The position numbers were made by a program, and so were the translations under genes. From Lingula anatina (taxonomy: Eukaryota; Animalia; Brachiopoda): DNA of 64,000 nucleotides. Below the pieces are notes generated by a model that saw only the letters and a program-made list of their open reading frames with translations, did no database searches and was not told the origin of the DNA. This document shows, piece by piece, positions 14,439-26,274 of the stretch (the stretch's first letter is position 1; every line of letters begins with the position of its first letter). The stretch is taken from assembly GCA_051362555.1 (NCBI GenBank), contig CM120645.1:13764001-13828000 (forward strand), in the 5' to 3' direction.

Positions 14439-14692
14439 TTATAACAAAACCACAAAATAAATATTAGACTCACTTTGTTGACGTTCTGTGTGGTCATGCT
14501 TCTTCTCATGTTTCAGAGTAGACGACCTGTCAGAAAACTTGGCGCCACATATTTTGCAACCAAACGGCTTCTCTCCAGTGTGAATGTGCATGTGTTCTTT
14601 GAGATAATGAAGGCGAGTAAACGTCTTTGGACAAAATGTACACAAGAAAGGCCTTTCCCCTGTGTGTTTTTTCTGGTGTCTATTTAAGTCAC
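14439..14692 (-). CDS. C2H2 (Kruppel-type) zinc-finger terminal exon; the parent gene appears decayed
   Basis: [66 protein letters not shown] after a tttttgtag acceptor. The upstream finger remnant at ~14960-15110 (CDCCGKAFAQKTNLQ) runs into a stop. Confidence 0.65.
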
Positions 14693-14959
14693 CTACAAAA
14701 AAGAAAAAGTCAATGAAGCTACATTGTATAACATGCTCATAAAAATTAACATCAAATTCCATACTTTAAAAATAACAATAATCATAACAGTGTTTCTCTC
14801 CGTACAATCTTTAAATATGAAGTTTAGGGTGTGGCTACTATCACTAACTATACAATAAATCATAACAATACAATGTACCATATTAAAAAAAATTAAATAT
14901 CTTCCCTAAAAAGCACCTTTAAGTTACCTTTATTAACAAACGTCATAGGACACTCCTCA

Positions 14960-15450
14960 CACTTGTAATTGCGGATATTTTTATGGCGCTTGCAGGTTTG
15001 TTTTCTGTGCGAAGGCTTTCCCACAGCAGTCACACAGGTGATTCTTCTGGTTAATATGGGTGGCTAGGTGACTCTTTAGGCTGCCTGACTGCATGGATGC
15101 CTTAGGCACATAGTGTGCTTCTGCATATGAAAAATGTATTACGTAGCTTATCTGCTTTCATATATTTTAGCATAGAGACCCCTTTGCGATTAAGTTTGAA
15201 ATATTTTAGGCAATATTGCCACTAAATTTAACGTACCCTTCTATATAGTCAATTTGAAAAACAATTCAATTACTCTCAAACTTTATCTGTCAATAACATC
15301 TACTACATCAACTAGGATATCAAAAAACAAGATGTTTCATAGGTTCCAGCAAAAGAGAGAGAGAGAATTACATAAAGGTCTTCCATCTGCTGTGCGTTTC
15401 CTCATGTGTATCTTCAAACTATTTCCCGTCATTGTAAATGGAGCTAACCA
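14960..15450 (-). pseudogene. Decayed upstream C2H2 zinc-finger exons
   Basis: NQKNHLCDCCGKAFAQKTNLQAP* near 14985-15055 and SLKIHMRKRT-like residues near 15390-15425. Confidence 0.55.
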
Positions 15451-16169
15451 GTGCAAGACACACATATATTAAATTTTTCGTTTTTTAGCGGATATATTTT
15501 TTCCTTGATGTTACAAATCTAACTCCTACAAACAAATACATGTATGTTGCCAACAAATATTACAAACGGATGTTTTCATTCATATCATTTTATATATGTA
15601 TTTTCCAGCATGAAAAGTAAAATTTCATTATTTTTGCTTTGAGCTTATTGTCCATTATTTATCACAAAGCTAAAGTGTCAGCGATTTTATACAAATTACG
15701 AAAGCTTCCAAGCAGTAAATATTTTTATACATGACGCATTTGTAAAAAACACATATTAGTGGTGCCTCGATGCTATTAATAACTTGTTAATGTAGCGCAA
15801 AACACACATCTCACAAACAGCCACGTTAATTTTAAAGAAACAAACGCCCATTTCACCATGTCACCAGTGCGTTGACCACATTCTTGCAGCTCTGGTAGTG
15901 ATCAGCTAATTAGTAGCAAATGTTCTCATCTGGTCTTTTTTTTTCAGATGAAAATATACTATTATATTATTTTCATAAAATCGCCTTTTATGTTTGACGA
16001 TCTGAGATCATGCTGTTATATTTCCAATTGACCAATCGGTAGTGGCTAAATATCGAAAATAAAGTCATTGTAAATTTTTAGTAATTAAGATTCATTTCTG
16101 AGGTGCGCGTTTTTCAACAAGTTGCCTCTCTGGTGCCATTTCATGAAGCGGACGTTTCAAAGCACTCCC

Positions 16170-16264
16170 TTATTTGACCGGCATGTGCCCTACTGTGGAA
16201 GAGTCTTCTTCTGTTAGACCCAGTTCTGCAAAGCAGGAAAACCCTCCCTTCGTCAACTGTTTAA
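16170..16264 (-). CDS. Paralog B exon 6 (last coding exon)
   Basis: tttcag| acceptor. IKQLTKGGFSCFAELGLTEEDSSTVGHMPVK*, homologous to exon 6 of C and D. Confidence 0.75.
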
Positions 16265-16555
16265 CTGAAATAGTGATTATAATTTCTTTTCTATAAAAAA
16301 TGAATAAAAAAAAGCATTAAGTGTAGATGTATCTATTAGCAAATTATACATAAGACCAATTTCGAAACTTCAAATTAAAGTTCAGATTTACTTCCTTGTC
16401 GACTTCCTTGTCCTTGTCGACCTTGTGTAAATATATTATAAATAAGAAGTTGGTTGTAAAGTTATCACATCATGTCTAGCTTAATATACCATTAAATTAA
16501 AAAAATGGCTGTGGTGACTATCAAAATACATAAAGAAATGAAGGCATGTGCATAC

Positions 16556-16658
16556 TTAAGTCTTTAAGCTGGGTCTTCAAGGCATTAACTGTAATGTCAT
16601 TGTCAAGTCCATGCACCAGTACATCTTCCATTTCTTTGAATGGCTTTTGGATAGTAAC
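16556..16658 (-). CDS. Paralog B exon 5
   Basis: acag|...|gtatgc, 103 nt. VTIQKPFKEMEDVLVHGLDNDITVNALKTQLKDL; same size in C and D. Confidence 0.8.
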
Positions 16659-16784
16659 CTGTTAGAAGAGAAACGATGTAATTTCAATTTTGAGAAATTA
16701 TAAATAAGGGTTCAGGCATCCCTACTTATCATCTCATAATTAAATTGCAAAAAAAAAAAAAAAAAAAAAAAAATGAACACCTAC

Positions 16785-18472
16785 TCTAAAGAATTTCACT
16801 ATCTCAGCCTTCTCCAAGAAAGCAACAGTGAGGTCCTGGTGGTTGAGTTTTGCCACGTCCAGTGGGGTGTCGCCATCATCATCTGCCGCCTTGGTGTCCG
16901 CCTCGACTTCCACCAGTAGTTTCACAATTTCTCTGTTACCTTGCATGCAGGCCAAATGCAGCGGCGTCAGTTTATAAGCATCGCGGACGTCTGTCGTAGC
17001 CCCAAGCTCCAGAAGTTTCTCCACCACAGCGGGGTGTTGTTTTAGAACTGCGTGGTGGAGCGGGGCTAGATCCTCGTGTGCGGAATCTGCAAATGTTACA
17101 TACGTCTCTTGAATCTTCTTTACAATGTCATCGGGGGGTTCTTTTCCCCATCCTGAGTGCAGCACTTTCCCGTAATCTTCCACATCTAAAATTGTAACAT
17201 TTAGTTTTACCGAGAAGTCAGCAAAAAGCTTCCTCTTGACCAGAACATAATGCCACGCGGGTCTTTCTCTATCCTTACCCCACACCTTATACACGATAGT
17301 CCCTTTGTAGAGATGACCTCGTGAGTCAATCAGTGTACGCTCTCTTCTCAGAATGGCATTTAAACATTGCACTTGCCCACTCTTTGCTGCCATGTGTGCT
17401 AGATTTTCGCCTTTGTTATTTAGGATGGTTGGATCTGCACCACCTTCATCTAACAGACCTTCCACAACATTCAAGTTGTCATTGTTGAGAACTGCAGTAT
17501 GTAGAGCGGTGTTACCCCTTTTGTTCTGAATATCTGGGTCAGCCTCGTGATCATTTATCAAACACTTAACCACATCTACATGATCATCTCTAGATGCTAA
17601 ATACAGAGCTGTGTTCCCGTACTTGTTCTGATAATTGACAGCGATTCCGACCATTGCTGCTATTTCTTTCACTAACTCGACGTGACCGCCCCATGCGGCA
17701 CACACCAGGGTATTGCTGGTCACAGGTAAACCATGGCGCTGCAGCCTGTTGTAAATGTCTCTGAAGTTACCAGAAGCTGCCACATCCAGACATGATGCAT
17801 CTCCCATATCCGAATTCACATTTTTATTGATGTCAATGTTCGGTAGATCAGTGAGGTACTCAACCACGTCATCATACCCCATCCTGCAGGCACGACCCAA
17901 GGCAGTTTCACCATACTCTGTGACAGCATTCAGGTCTGCACCCATTTTGAGAAGCAGCTTCACGCCATCTAGGAATCCTACACCGGCGGCATAGTGCAGC
18001 GGGGTAAAATTTTCATGTCCAGTTATATTTACCAGGGTATTGTCAAGAGTGCAGAGTTCCTTTAGTTTATCAACATTCTGACATTTTGTGACCTTGTGAA
18101 TTGGCTTAATTTCATTTTCAATTGCTTCGAATGACTCAATTGTTTCGCCTGCCTCACTGTTACGATATTTCACAGCTATCTCTTTGGCAGTACAACCTTC
18201 CAGCTCACTAGGGTGAGTGCCGCTTGTGACCTGTTTTAAAAGTGTGGCCCATTCAAAATGTCTCCATATTGTGACAACTGCATTATCGTTATTATGAAAC
18301 GCTGCAGCTTGTAGGACATTGAATCCGTTTTCATCCCTGTACTCAAGGACTTTGTTTCTGTCCACTTGGCGGGCAGTCCTATCTAGCTCGTACCTAAGCT
18401 TAGGCCGTGCGATGAGTGCATACAGTCGACGTAACGGATCAGGTATCATCGAAATATCTTCCGTTTCTTCTG
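16785..18472 (-). CDS. Paralog B exon 4: ankyrin repeats with inserted GKDR..PAWHYV..SGWG domain
   Basis: Lies within ORF 16740-18449. Many TPLH/TAL.AA..G...V..LL repeats. Acceptor ttttag| at 18473, donor |gtaggt at 16784; phases 1 and 0 fit the neighbouring exons. Confidence 0.92.
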
Positions 18473-18919
18473 CTAAAATGAAGGGACATTGTCTTTAATG
18501 TAAACTGTCTTCTTTGTGATAAATACAAACATTTGACACAAGCGGTCATATGTCATACTCCTTGTCTGTTATAATAAGAACACTAGTATATACGGACATT
18601 TTACAAATTTGCCATTTTCTTTGCTATATCAAGAGCCTCGGGGATTGCAGTAACGTAATTAAATTGGAAACAAATCATCATCATCTCGATATTTTTAACT
18701 TTTACGCATTATTTTAAAGTGGTGAGTGATACAATAACGATAAAGCTAAGAAAATTTTGGCTGAGCAGCACTGACATCACTCATCTATTTTTACCAAAAA
18801 TCAAACATCATTCCACATGTAAAGCACTGAATCACGTTTATCGTATAAACTGAGATTTAAGGGATAATAAGTGAACGTTTTGGACAATTCCCAATACTTA
18901 CCAATGGTTGAAGAAATAG

Positions 18920-19444
18920 CAGCTCTTCGTGTGAGATCTTTACTTCACAGTAAATACACTGTAAACAACTCATAGAAATATAATATATTCTATTTTACCA
19001 CAAAAGCGGCAGTTATAGCTATAATTCCGATATGGGAGCATGTCATCGGATCACGTTACCCCCATAGATAGCTAAACTCTTCAGATAAAACCAGGGACTA
19101 ACTTAAAATGCGGAAATGGATTCATTAACCATTGGTAAGTATGAGGAAACTGCCGTTTACCCCAGGAAATTCATTTTTTGGCCAAAATGAACAGTTGTTA
19201 TCCCATTAATGAATCCATTGCTACATTCAAAGTTAGTCCCTTTTTCTCAAAAAAATTTTTTTTGTAATAATCTCTTAAGATTATAGCCATCTATGGAGGT
19301 TACATGGTCCGAAGACCAGCTCAGGTCTCCGAATAATAGCTATAACTGCCATTTTTGTGGTAAAACAGAATATATTATATTTCTATGAGTCGTGTACCAC
19401 GTTTCTCTTGTGAAATATAGATCTCCTATAGAGTTATTATCCCA
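18920..19444. mobile_element. Two oppositely oriented copies of a Kolobok-like MITE in intron 3 of paralog B
   Basis: Both halves match the intact MITE at 47439-47776. 18967-19030 is approximately the reverse complement of 19328-19390. Confidence 0.7.
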
Positions 19445-19911
19445 TTAAGTTTACCAATACACATGTATTTTGAAAAAGAGTTTAGTGATGAAGAACGGGG
19501 ATTGGGGTGTGAGAATATACACAACATCCTTTGATACATTACAAAGCCTTAAATAACATTTTTTCGCTGCCACATGTATCGCATGTATTACAAAGCCTTA
19601 AATAACATTTTTTCGCTGCCACATGTATCGCCTGGTTTGGAATGAAATTTGTCTTTTTCAACAAGTTATGAAACGTACTGGTAGCGTCGCTTGTGGTAGC
19701 GTCGTTACAGCAAATATTTGTTATTATCCACTTTATTTATCACAAGTGTTTCTGACAGGCACAGAATATTAAGCAGGAAGAATTCAAAGTTGGATTTTAC
19801 CATAAAAAAAACATGTACCATGCACCTGTGGGCCACAGTGTGTATACATGTATATACTTCCTCTTTTGAAAAGTCGGCAAAACATCCTTACCTAAATGTG
19901 GTAGTTCTTAC

Positions 19912-20055
19912 CTTGGACCGACATGACATCCAGCACATCATCTACGTCCCTCGTGTAATTTGTGTGAAGAAGACTGTTGCTGTCTCCAATTTGGATGTTT
20001 TGACTTTGGGTGATGTTGAATGTCTGCACGTTTGGATTAGTTAGCTTACTTGGCA
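19912..20055 (-). CDS. Paralog B exon 3: RHIM-like motif exon
   Basis: ttccag|...|gtaaga, 144 nt. VPSKLTNPNVQTFNITQSQNIQIGDSNSLLHTNYTRDVDDVLDVMSVQ. Not in the ORF track; translated by hand. Confidence 0.85.
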
Positions 20056-20208
20056 CTGGAACAGCCAGTTCACAATAAGTAAATCATTCAACAGTATGTT
20101 AATTAACATTTAAAATAGGTTTACGTATAGGTTGCTGCATTGAAGTGGACAGCAACAAATTTTCAAATTTCAGTCTGATAGTTTCTGTTATTTTGCTTAC
20201 TACTATAC

Positions 20209-20367
20209 CTTCCACCGGTCTCCACGATTCTTGTCGGGACTGATTTACCACCACCAGCTCTAAAACATCGCTGGTTTTCTGTGCTACGGCAAGTAGAGTT
20301 TTTTCATTTTCTATCTCTGCTCCTTTACTCTCTAGAACAACGGAAAGCCTTTCTTCTTCCCCATAAC
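20209..20367 (-). CDS. Paralog B exon 2: CIDE-N-like domain, second part
   Basis: ttag|...|gtatag, 159 nt. GYGEEERLSVVLESKGAEIENEKTLLAVAQKTSDVLELVVVNQSRQESWRPVE. Confidence 0.85.
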
Positions 20368-20854
20368 CTAACATGTAGATAGTGCTTTACATATATAACA
20401 TCAAATAAAAAACATCACCTCATTTTTTTTATTATTATTTGGTATAATAGCCAACGATTTTATTTGACGAATTGCTCGTTTGAACACCCTTCACTAAAAC
20501 GGATCAAGGTTATCAAAATATTGGTTGTCCTTCTCATATTGTCGGGGAAAAAGGTGCAGTAAAGGACAATTCGTTTATATAACCCAATTAACACGCTTAC
20601 AATAATCCCATTGTCTATCATCTCTCCAAGGGAATGGCAAGGCCTTTGTATTATTTCTCTACTCCGGTCAGTATTTCTTTTGCACATATACGGTACGTGT
20701 TGGATCACTTTGTTCCATTTCCCAAAGAAAGTATAAGTCACCTTTATTGTTCATGTTTTTTTTCCGAAATACGTTGCCGTAAAGTTACTTTTATACTTGT
20801 GGGTCTAAAAAAGTCCAACAACAAATGCCTTGATGCAAACCTCTATATACTTAC

Positions 20855-20957
20855 CCAACAGCGTTCTTGCGTCGTGTAGCAGCGCCTCCATTGTTGTTAA
20901 AATACATGTTTTCTTCTTCTGACGGTCACATGAATAGATGACACAGGGGGTGGACAT
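20855..20957 (-). CDS. Paralog B exon 1: CIDE-N-like domain, first part
   Basis: ATG at 20957, donor G|gtaagt, 103 nt. MSTPCVIYSCDRQKKKTCILTTMEALLHDARTLL. Confidence 0.85.
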
Positions 20958-21214
20958 CTTCCTGGTAGAAATGATAATAATTACCAACAACCATTTTGCA
21001 ATCGTATATAGTCGTTTTTTATTAAGCTCAAACTTTGATGTTGTGAAATAATTGTCTCTAAGCATCAAGACCAAATGTGCTGAAGTGCAAAAGCAATCAC
21101 CTCTTTGCATTACTCTCTGGTTTACCAGCAAGGATATGCAGCTGTGGTTGCAGTATATTCTGGCTGCTGATAATTTGTTGGTGCGCAAATATTTACGACT
21201 GGGTTCCCCTCCCT

Positions 21215-21375
21215 CTCTCTGGGGAGTCTCACTAAATTGCTATCATCTAACCGGCTTAAATGTCTGTCACGCCTACCGAATCAGCTAGGGGGTAAAGATA
21301 ATAACAGCTTTACTAGGCGTGACAGACATTTAAGGCAGTAAGATAACAGCTATTTCGTGAGACTCCCCAGAGAGA
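21215..21375. mobile_element. Palindromic MITE-like hairpin upstream of paralog B
   Basis: Inverted arms ctctctggggagtctcac...ttaaatgtctgtcacgccta / taggcgtgacagacatttaa...gtgagactccccagagag. Confidence 0.7.
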
Positions 21376-22024
21376 TAGATGGATCCAAATATCTGTGGGA
21401 ATGGTCCTTACATGTTGATCTTTGATTTATCGCGTGTTTTTTCCTATGCATATTACCAATCAAAAGTAATAATAAAACAATTTTCATGATATCCAAGGCG
21501 TAATGCCTGAATTGTGACGATCTGAGTATACATACGAAAATAGAAAGACAAGATCTGCAAGACCACACCATTTTTTATTTTTCCCCTGGCGTAATCCTCA
21601 ATATTTTTGGGGCCTAATGTAAATAAATTGATGTCAAATTAAGAAAGTCATGGTCAGTTTTAAAGCTTCGGAAGTAATCTATAGAAAAGACAGAAAAGAA
21701 TATTGCGGATGTACACATTGTCGCTTTTAGTACTAGAGGCTTTTTTACTTTTTTGTATATCTTTGGGGGGGGGGGTCCATCCATGGGTCACTGACCTTTT
21801 AGGCAAACCCTTTTGGGTACAATTTTATTTTTACATTCTTTTAAAGTGATTGTCGTACTATTATTTGTAGGTTGTCTTATTGTGCTCTTTTAAAGTTCTC
21901 GCATATAATCTTGTACTCAATAAAGTCATTCAAATCAAATGTTCATGAGTATCTTACGTTTAAAGTATATATAGGCCCTACCATTAGTAAGGTAAAGGTC
22001 ATTGCAAAATGTACTCCAACCGGC

Positions 22025-22056
<32 letters not shown>

Positions 22057-24301
22057 ATGAAAACTTTGATGCACTGACTGCAGATAAAACCTCTTAACGA
22101 GACAATGAGCGGGATAAGTTTATATTACACGAAAAACGCACTTGTAAATAATCATTGAGGGCACACTTCGACCATATCTTAATGTTCCGATAAACTCATG
22201 GAGATGTGTATTTGGTGGCCTTCTTGTTTAAGGTTACACACAAATACATGTAGGTCGGCCATATTGGGACTCGCTGACTTAAGAGACAGGCGGAGCGCAA
22301 GTAGGGTTTGACCCAGATAGACTCCGCCAACCCCACTTAATATATCCAAAGCCCAGTGACTACAGACGTTTATTTACAAAGAATTAAACCATTTTAATAT
22401 ACAATCATAAACATAGCTGCATAAGATTCACAAAGTAGCTACGTGTCCGAAACACATCGGTCTATGCCCCTACTAGTCATATCGCCGCGTGATAAAGGGG
22501 TTTAAAGTTTCCAATATAAACAGCAGTAATAAAAGCTACGTATGGGTGGGCATATTTTCAGCGGTTATCTACGCTGACCTTAAGGAAAGTCAACAAATCC
22601 GAGGAAACACATGTTTGCCCCAGCTACTTTTAGTATTGAAATTGAAAAGGAATTTAAGCTTCCATATTTCCGAATTTTATCTAAAGGCTAAAACCCGCTG
22701 TTGATTTTATGAGAGAAAAACAGAAGTTTAATTATTTTACCTTAGCGGAGACATGCTTGATTATTCCATTTTTTTTCGTAACATATCTTCAGCACGACGT
22801 TTTTTAAAATGATATCTTGAATGGCGGACTATCAATAACATTTTGATGATGAAGTCTATATCTGAAAACTGCAACAAGTTTGGGGCCTTCAGGTACTTGG
22901 TTTCCTTACTACAGGCGCACCATGTAAGCATTTGCTATAAGGAGAGGGGTGTGAAGGTGGGGATGAAAAATCTATTATGAACTTGGTGCATTTTCTGTAA
23001 GCTTCACTTCAGTAAAGCCCATTTCCTTTTTTTATACATACTGTATAAGGGACGGGTCTGGATCCGCCATTTTGATTTGCGGTGTATCTACTTTCTAATA
23101 AATTATAAAATAAACGCCATACATGTAGGGCATGCTGATGACAATCATTTATAATGCATCTACAAAGCCTGTTTTTAAGATTCAACACTTGTTGGTGTTT
23201 TTGTTGAATTTGAAGCTTAGACAGTAATATTTACAACAGCGTTTACATTTCTTTTAACCTTGTAGCATGGCATCTAGCAAGTTCAAAAGATTGCGTCTTC
23301 AAGAATTATGCCGTCTTGAATACTACTGAACTTAGGTTAACAACTCGACTTCAGAAAAACATTTTCCCTTGATAATCTTATCATCACCCAATAACCATAC
23401 TATTGACCCAAGATAAACTTTCTTCCAGCAGGTAATGTTGAAATATTTGGAATTCCGTCCTTTTAAAACACGTGTAATTCACAAGGGATTCCAGTGAGAG
23501 TACTACAATTAGTTAAGTAAAGCCCATTTCAATTTCCAAGAAAATAAAATACTTACTTTTTTTAATATTTTAAAAAACTTCTCAACGTCTATTTCTATGT
23601 AACATGATGTTCTCAAGCGATCATGGGACCGGGTCAGTATCATCGATATATTTATACAAGTAAACCGATAATTTATATTGCACAAGGTAGGTTATCGCAG
23701 GCAATTGCAAACACCAGATGATAAGGAGAAACCGTCGTACGCGCCGTTTTTATATAAAATTTAGGTGAAGGATGGATATATGTATTATAAAAAGGAGTTT
23801 CAATTTTCTGTCATTTGTTAAATTGTTAAACAGGTTCATCAAGATAAGTCTTTATTTTTCTGGGATAATAAGCAACTGCATGAATCATTAGATTAAAGTC
23901 CAGCTACCTCAGTTTTGGAAATACACAGTGTTAGGCACGCATGCGATTCGACTGAAAGCACTTCAGCTCCGTTTGCAATGGGGGTTGGGGGTGGAGTTGA
24001 GCAAACTGTCCTTTAAGCCAAAAAAGGCCAAACGGAACTAAAATTTGATCTAGCTTTCATGTCAATGCTCAAGTAAGGATGTCTAAATGTTCACTTTTTT
24101 TTTGAAAAAGTTCAAATTGCTGGTCACTGTCAACTTGCATTGTGCATCGTGGACATGTATAAGAAAGCATATTTCAAGACACAATCACCTCAGTTCCCAA
24201 GGAAAGACTGCCGTTTTCCCTCCGACACGATTATGATAACATGCAGGTTCATTACGATGCATTAGTGACAATGTGGGGTTATTTAAAGCGCGTTTAAGGT
24301 A

Positions 24302-24478
24302 GCATTCAGAACGGTGGACTAACTACAGCTAGGCCACGGGTCAAATATGGCGACCCACTAAAAAGCATGCCGTCTAATCCGCCAATTATAGACACTGAAT
24401 AGGTTCCCCGTGGGGATGTATTCAAGTCGGTCGGCCATATTTGACCCTCAGACTAGCTAGCCCACTGTTTTGAATGCG
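24302..24478. mobile_element. Degenerate MITE with long inverted ends
   Basis: gcattcagaacggtgg...gggtcaaatatggcgacc versus ggtcggccatatttgaccc...ccactgttttgaatgc. Confidence 0.55.
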
Positions 24479-25411
24479 GTCTACTTCACATTGGATCTCA
24501 TTGGTTACACATTGTCCACACTGCATAAATCTGACTCGTTCCATTTTTCAAAAAAAAAAAAAAGGGAATATAATACTTACTATTTCGTGTAAATAATCTC
24601 AGCGTCTATTTCGAGAGTTTCAATTGACCATGGTGTCCTCAAGTGATCAAAGGACGGGAGCTGTGTCGTCGATATATTGACTCAGGTTGACAGATAATCC
24701 CCAGGCCAACGCAAACAAACGCCATGCGATATGCAGGAATAGTAACGATTTGATAGATAAATAACTGACGGACAGATAAATGTATAAAAGAGCATACGGG
24801 TAAACGTTTTTTGTTTGTCCTTGTGCTGTATTAAACAAGTGAATCTAGACAAGAGCCTCCCCGTTTATATTCCCGGAACATTGGTAATTTGAGCGCACAA
24901 TGAGGCAGTAGTATTAATCATTAAAATTAATCTTAGCATTCTAAGTTTTGTTTATCATTAAACGCGATAAAGGAGTTTTAGTTTTCCTTCCCCAGGTTAA
25001 TCTAGACAAGAGTCTTCCCGTTTATAGTCCCGATAAAACATTTTTAGTTCAACACACCATTAACTATATGACGACCTACTGATGATTAATAACGATGACT
25101 AAGCATTTATTTTAAAGTGGCTCCACCTAGGAATTTACCCCCAATTTTACTAGTTAGGAAAATCTTCCAGGAGACTTTTAGAGGGAAATTCAAGACCTCA
25201 ATAGTTTTGAATAGAGTTTTTATGAACACTTTTTTTAAGTAAGTGGTGAAGTAACATCTTTAATTTCTTCATTATTTGTTTTAATCAATTTTGTTTATTT
25301 TAATCATTTTTTTATTTTCCTTTACTAATATAATGTAAATTTTGGGTGGGACAATCAGTTTCAGTAAAACACATTTTTTAATTTTTTTTAATATAAAAGA
25401 AGGCCCCTTAC

Positions 25412-25442
<31 letters not shown>

Positions 25443-25981
25443 ACACACACACACATGCTCGCGATTGAAGTCGGTAAAGTAGATTTTTTGAGTCGGGCAA
25501 GTCGATTTTCAGACCCACCTGCCCGCCAAGCAAGTGTCTTCAAAGGTTTATGTTTATTAGGACAAGGACTCATATAACCTGTTTTATTGGTCCCAGCTTA
25601 AATACAAGTGTCAGAATAGTCCAGTGAACTTGTAACGAGAGAGAGAGAGATACTTACACGAAGGGCCTGTCTCCAGTGTGTTTTCTCATGTGTGTAACAT
25701 ATAGATATGTGTGAGACTATGCTTGTGAGGGTGATTGTGCTAGCGAGGTGTAGTGTGTTCGCCTCTTTTCGTTTGTGTTCGTATAAATTCGTCTCTATAT
25801 ACTACAACCAAAGCTCGCAACTTGACACAAGCTGAGACACTTATGGAGAGCCATACTGGTCTCCCATTAAAAAAAAAGAAAAAAAAACATCAACAAGTAT
25901 ACAAATAGAGTGTCGTCAACTCCCTATAGGCTCCCGTATAGTCAATAAAATATGGATACCTTGCGAAACAAGGATACCCTC

Positions 25982-26274
25982 CAGTGGTGGATCCAGGATT
26001 TTTTGAAGGGGGGTTCCGAAACGACAGGTCTTGGATGCAAAACCGACCATCGACCCCTTGGTGTGGAGTTCGGGGCCTACTCAAAGGCCCCAAAATTATT
26101 TTGGTGTTTTTGAAAGCAAGCAGTGCCCTTTGGTACGGTTTAAAACCATGATTTAGCTAGTCAAAATTTTAAATTCCAGAGGGGAATATTGGTGTGATAT
26201 ATTTTTCAGAAACCGAAGGGGGGGGGGGGGGCAGGACCCCCACCCCCTTGACGCCCCCTCTAAATCCGCCACTG
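25982..26274. mobile_element. hAT-like MITE
   Basis: TIRs CAGTGGTGGAT / ATCCGCCACTG; ccctc on both flanks. Confidence 0.7.
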
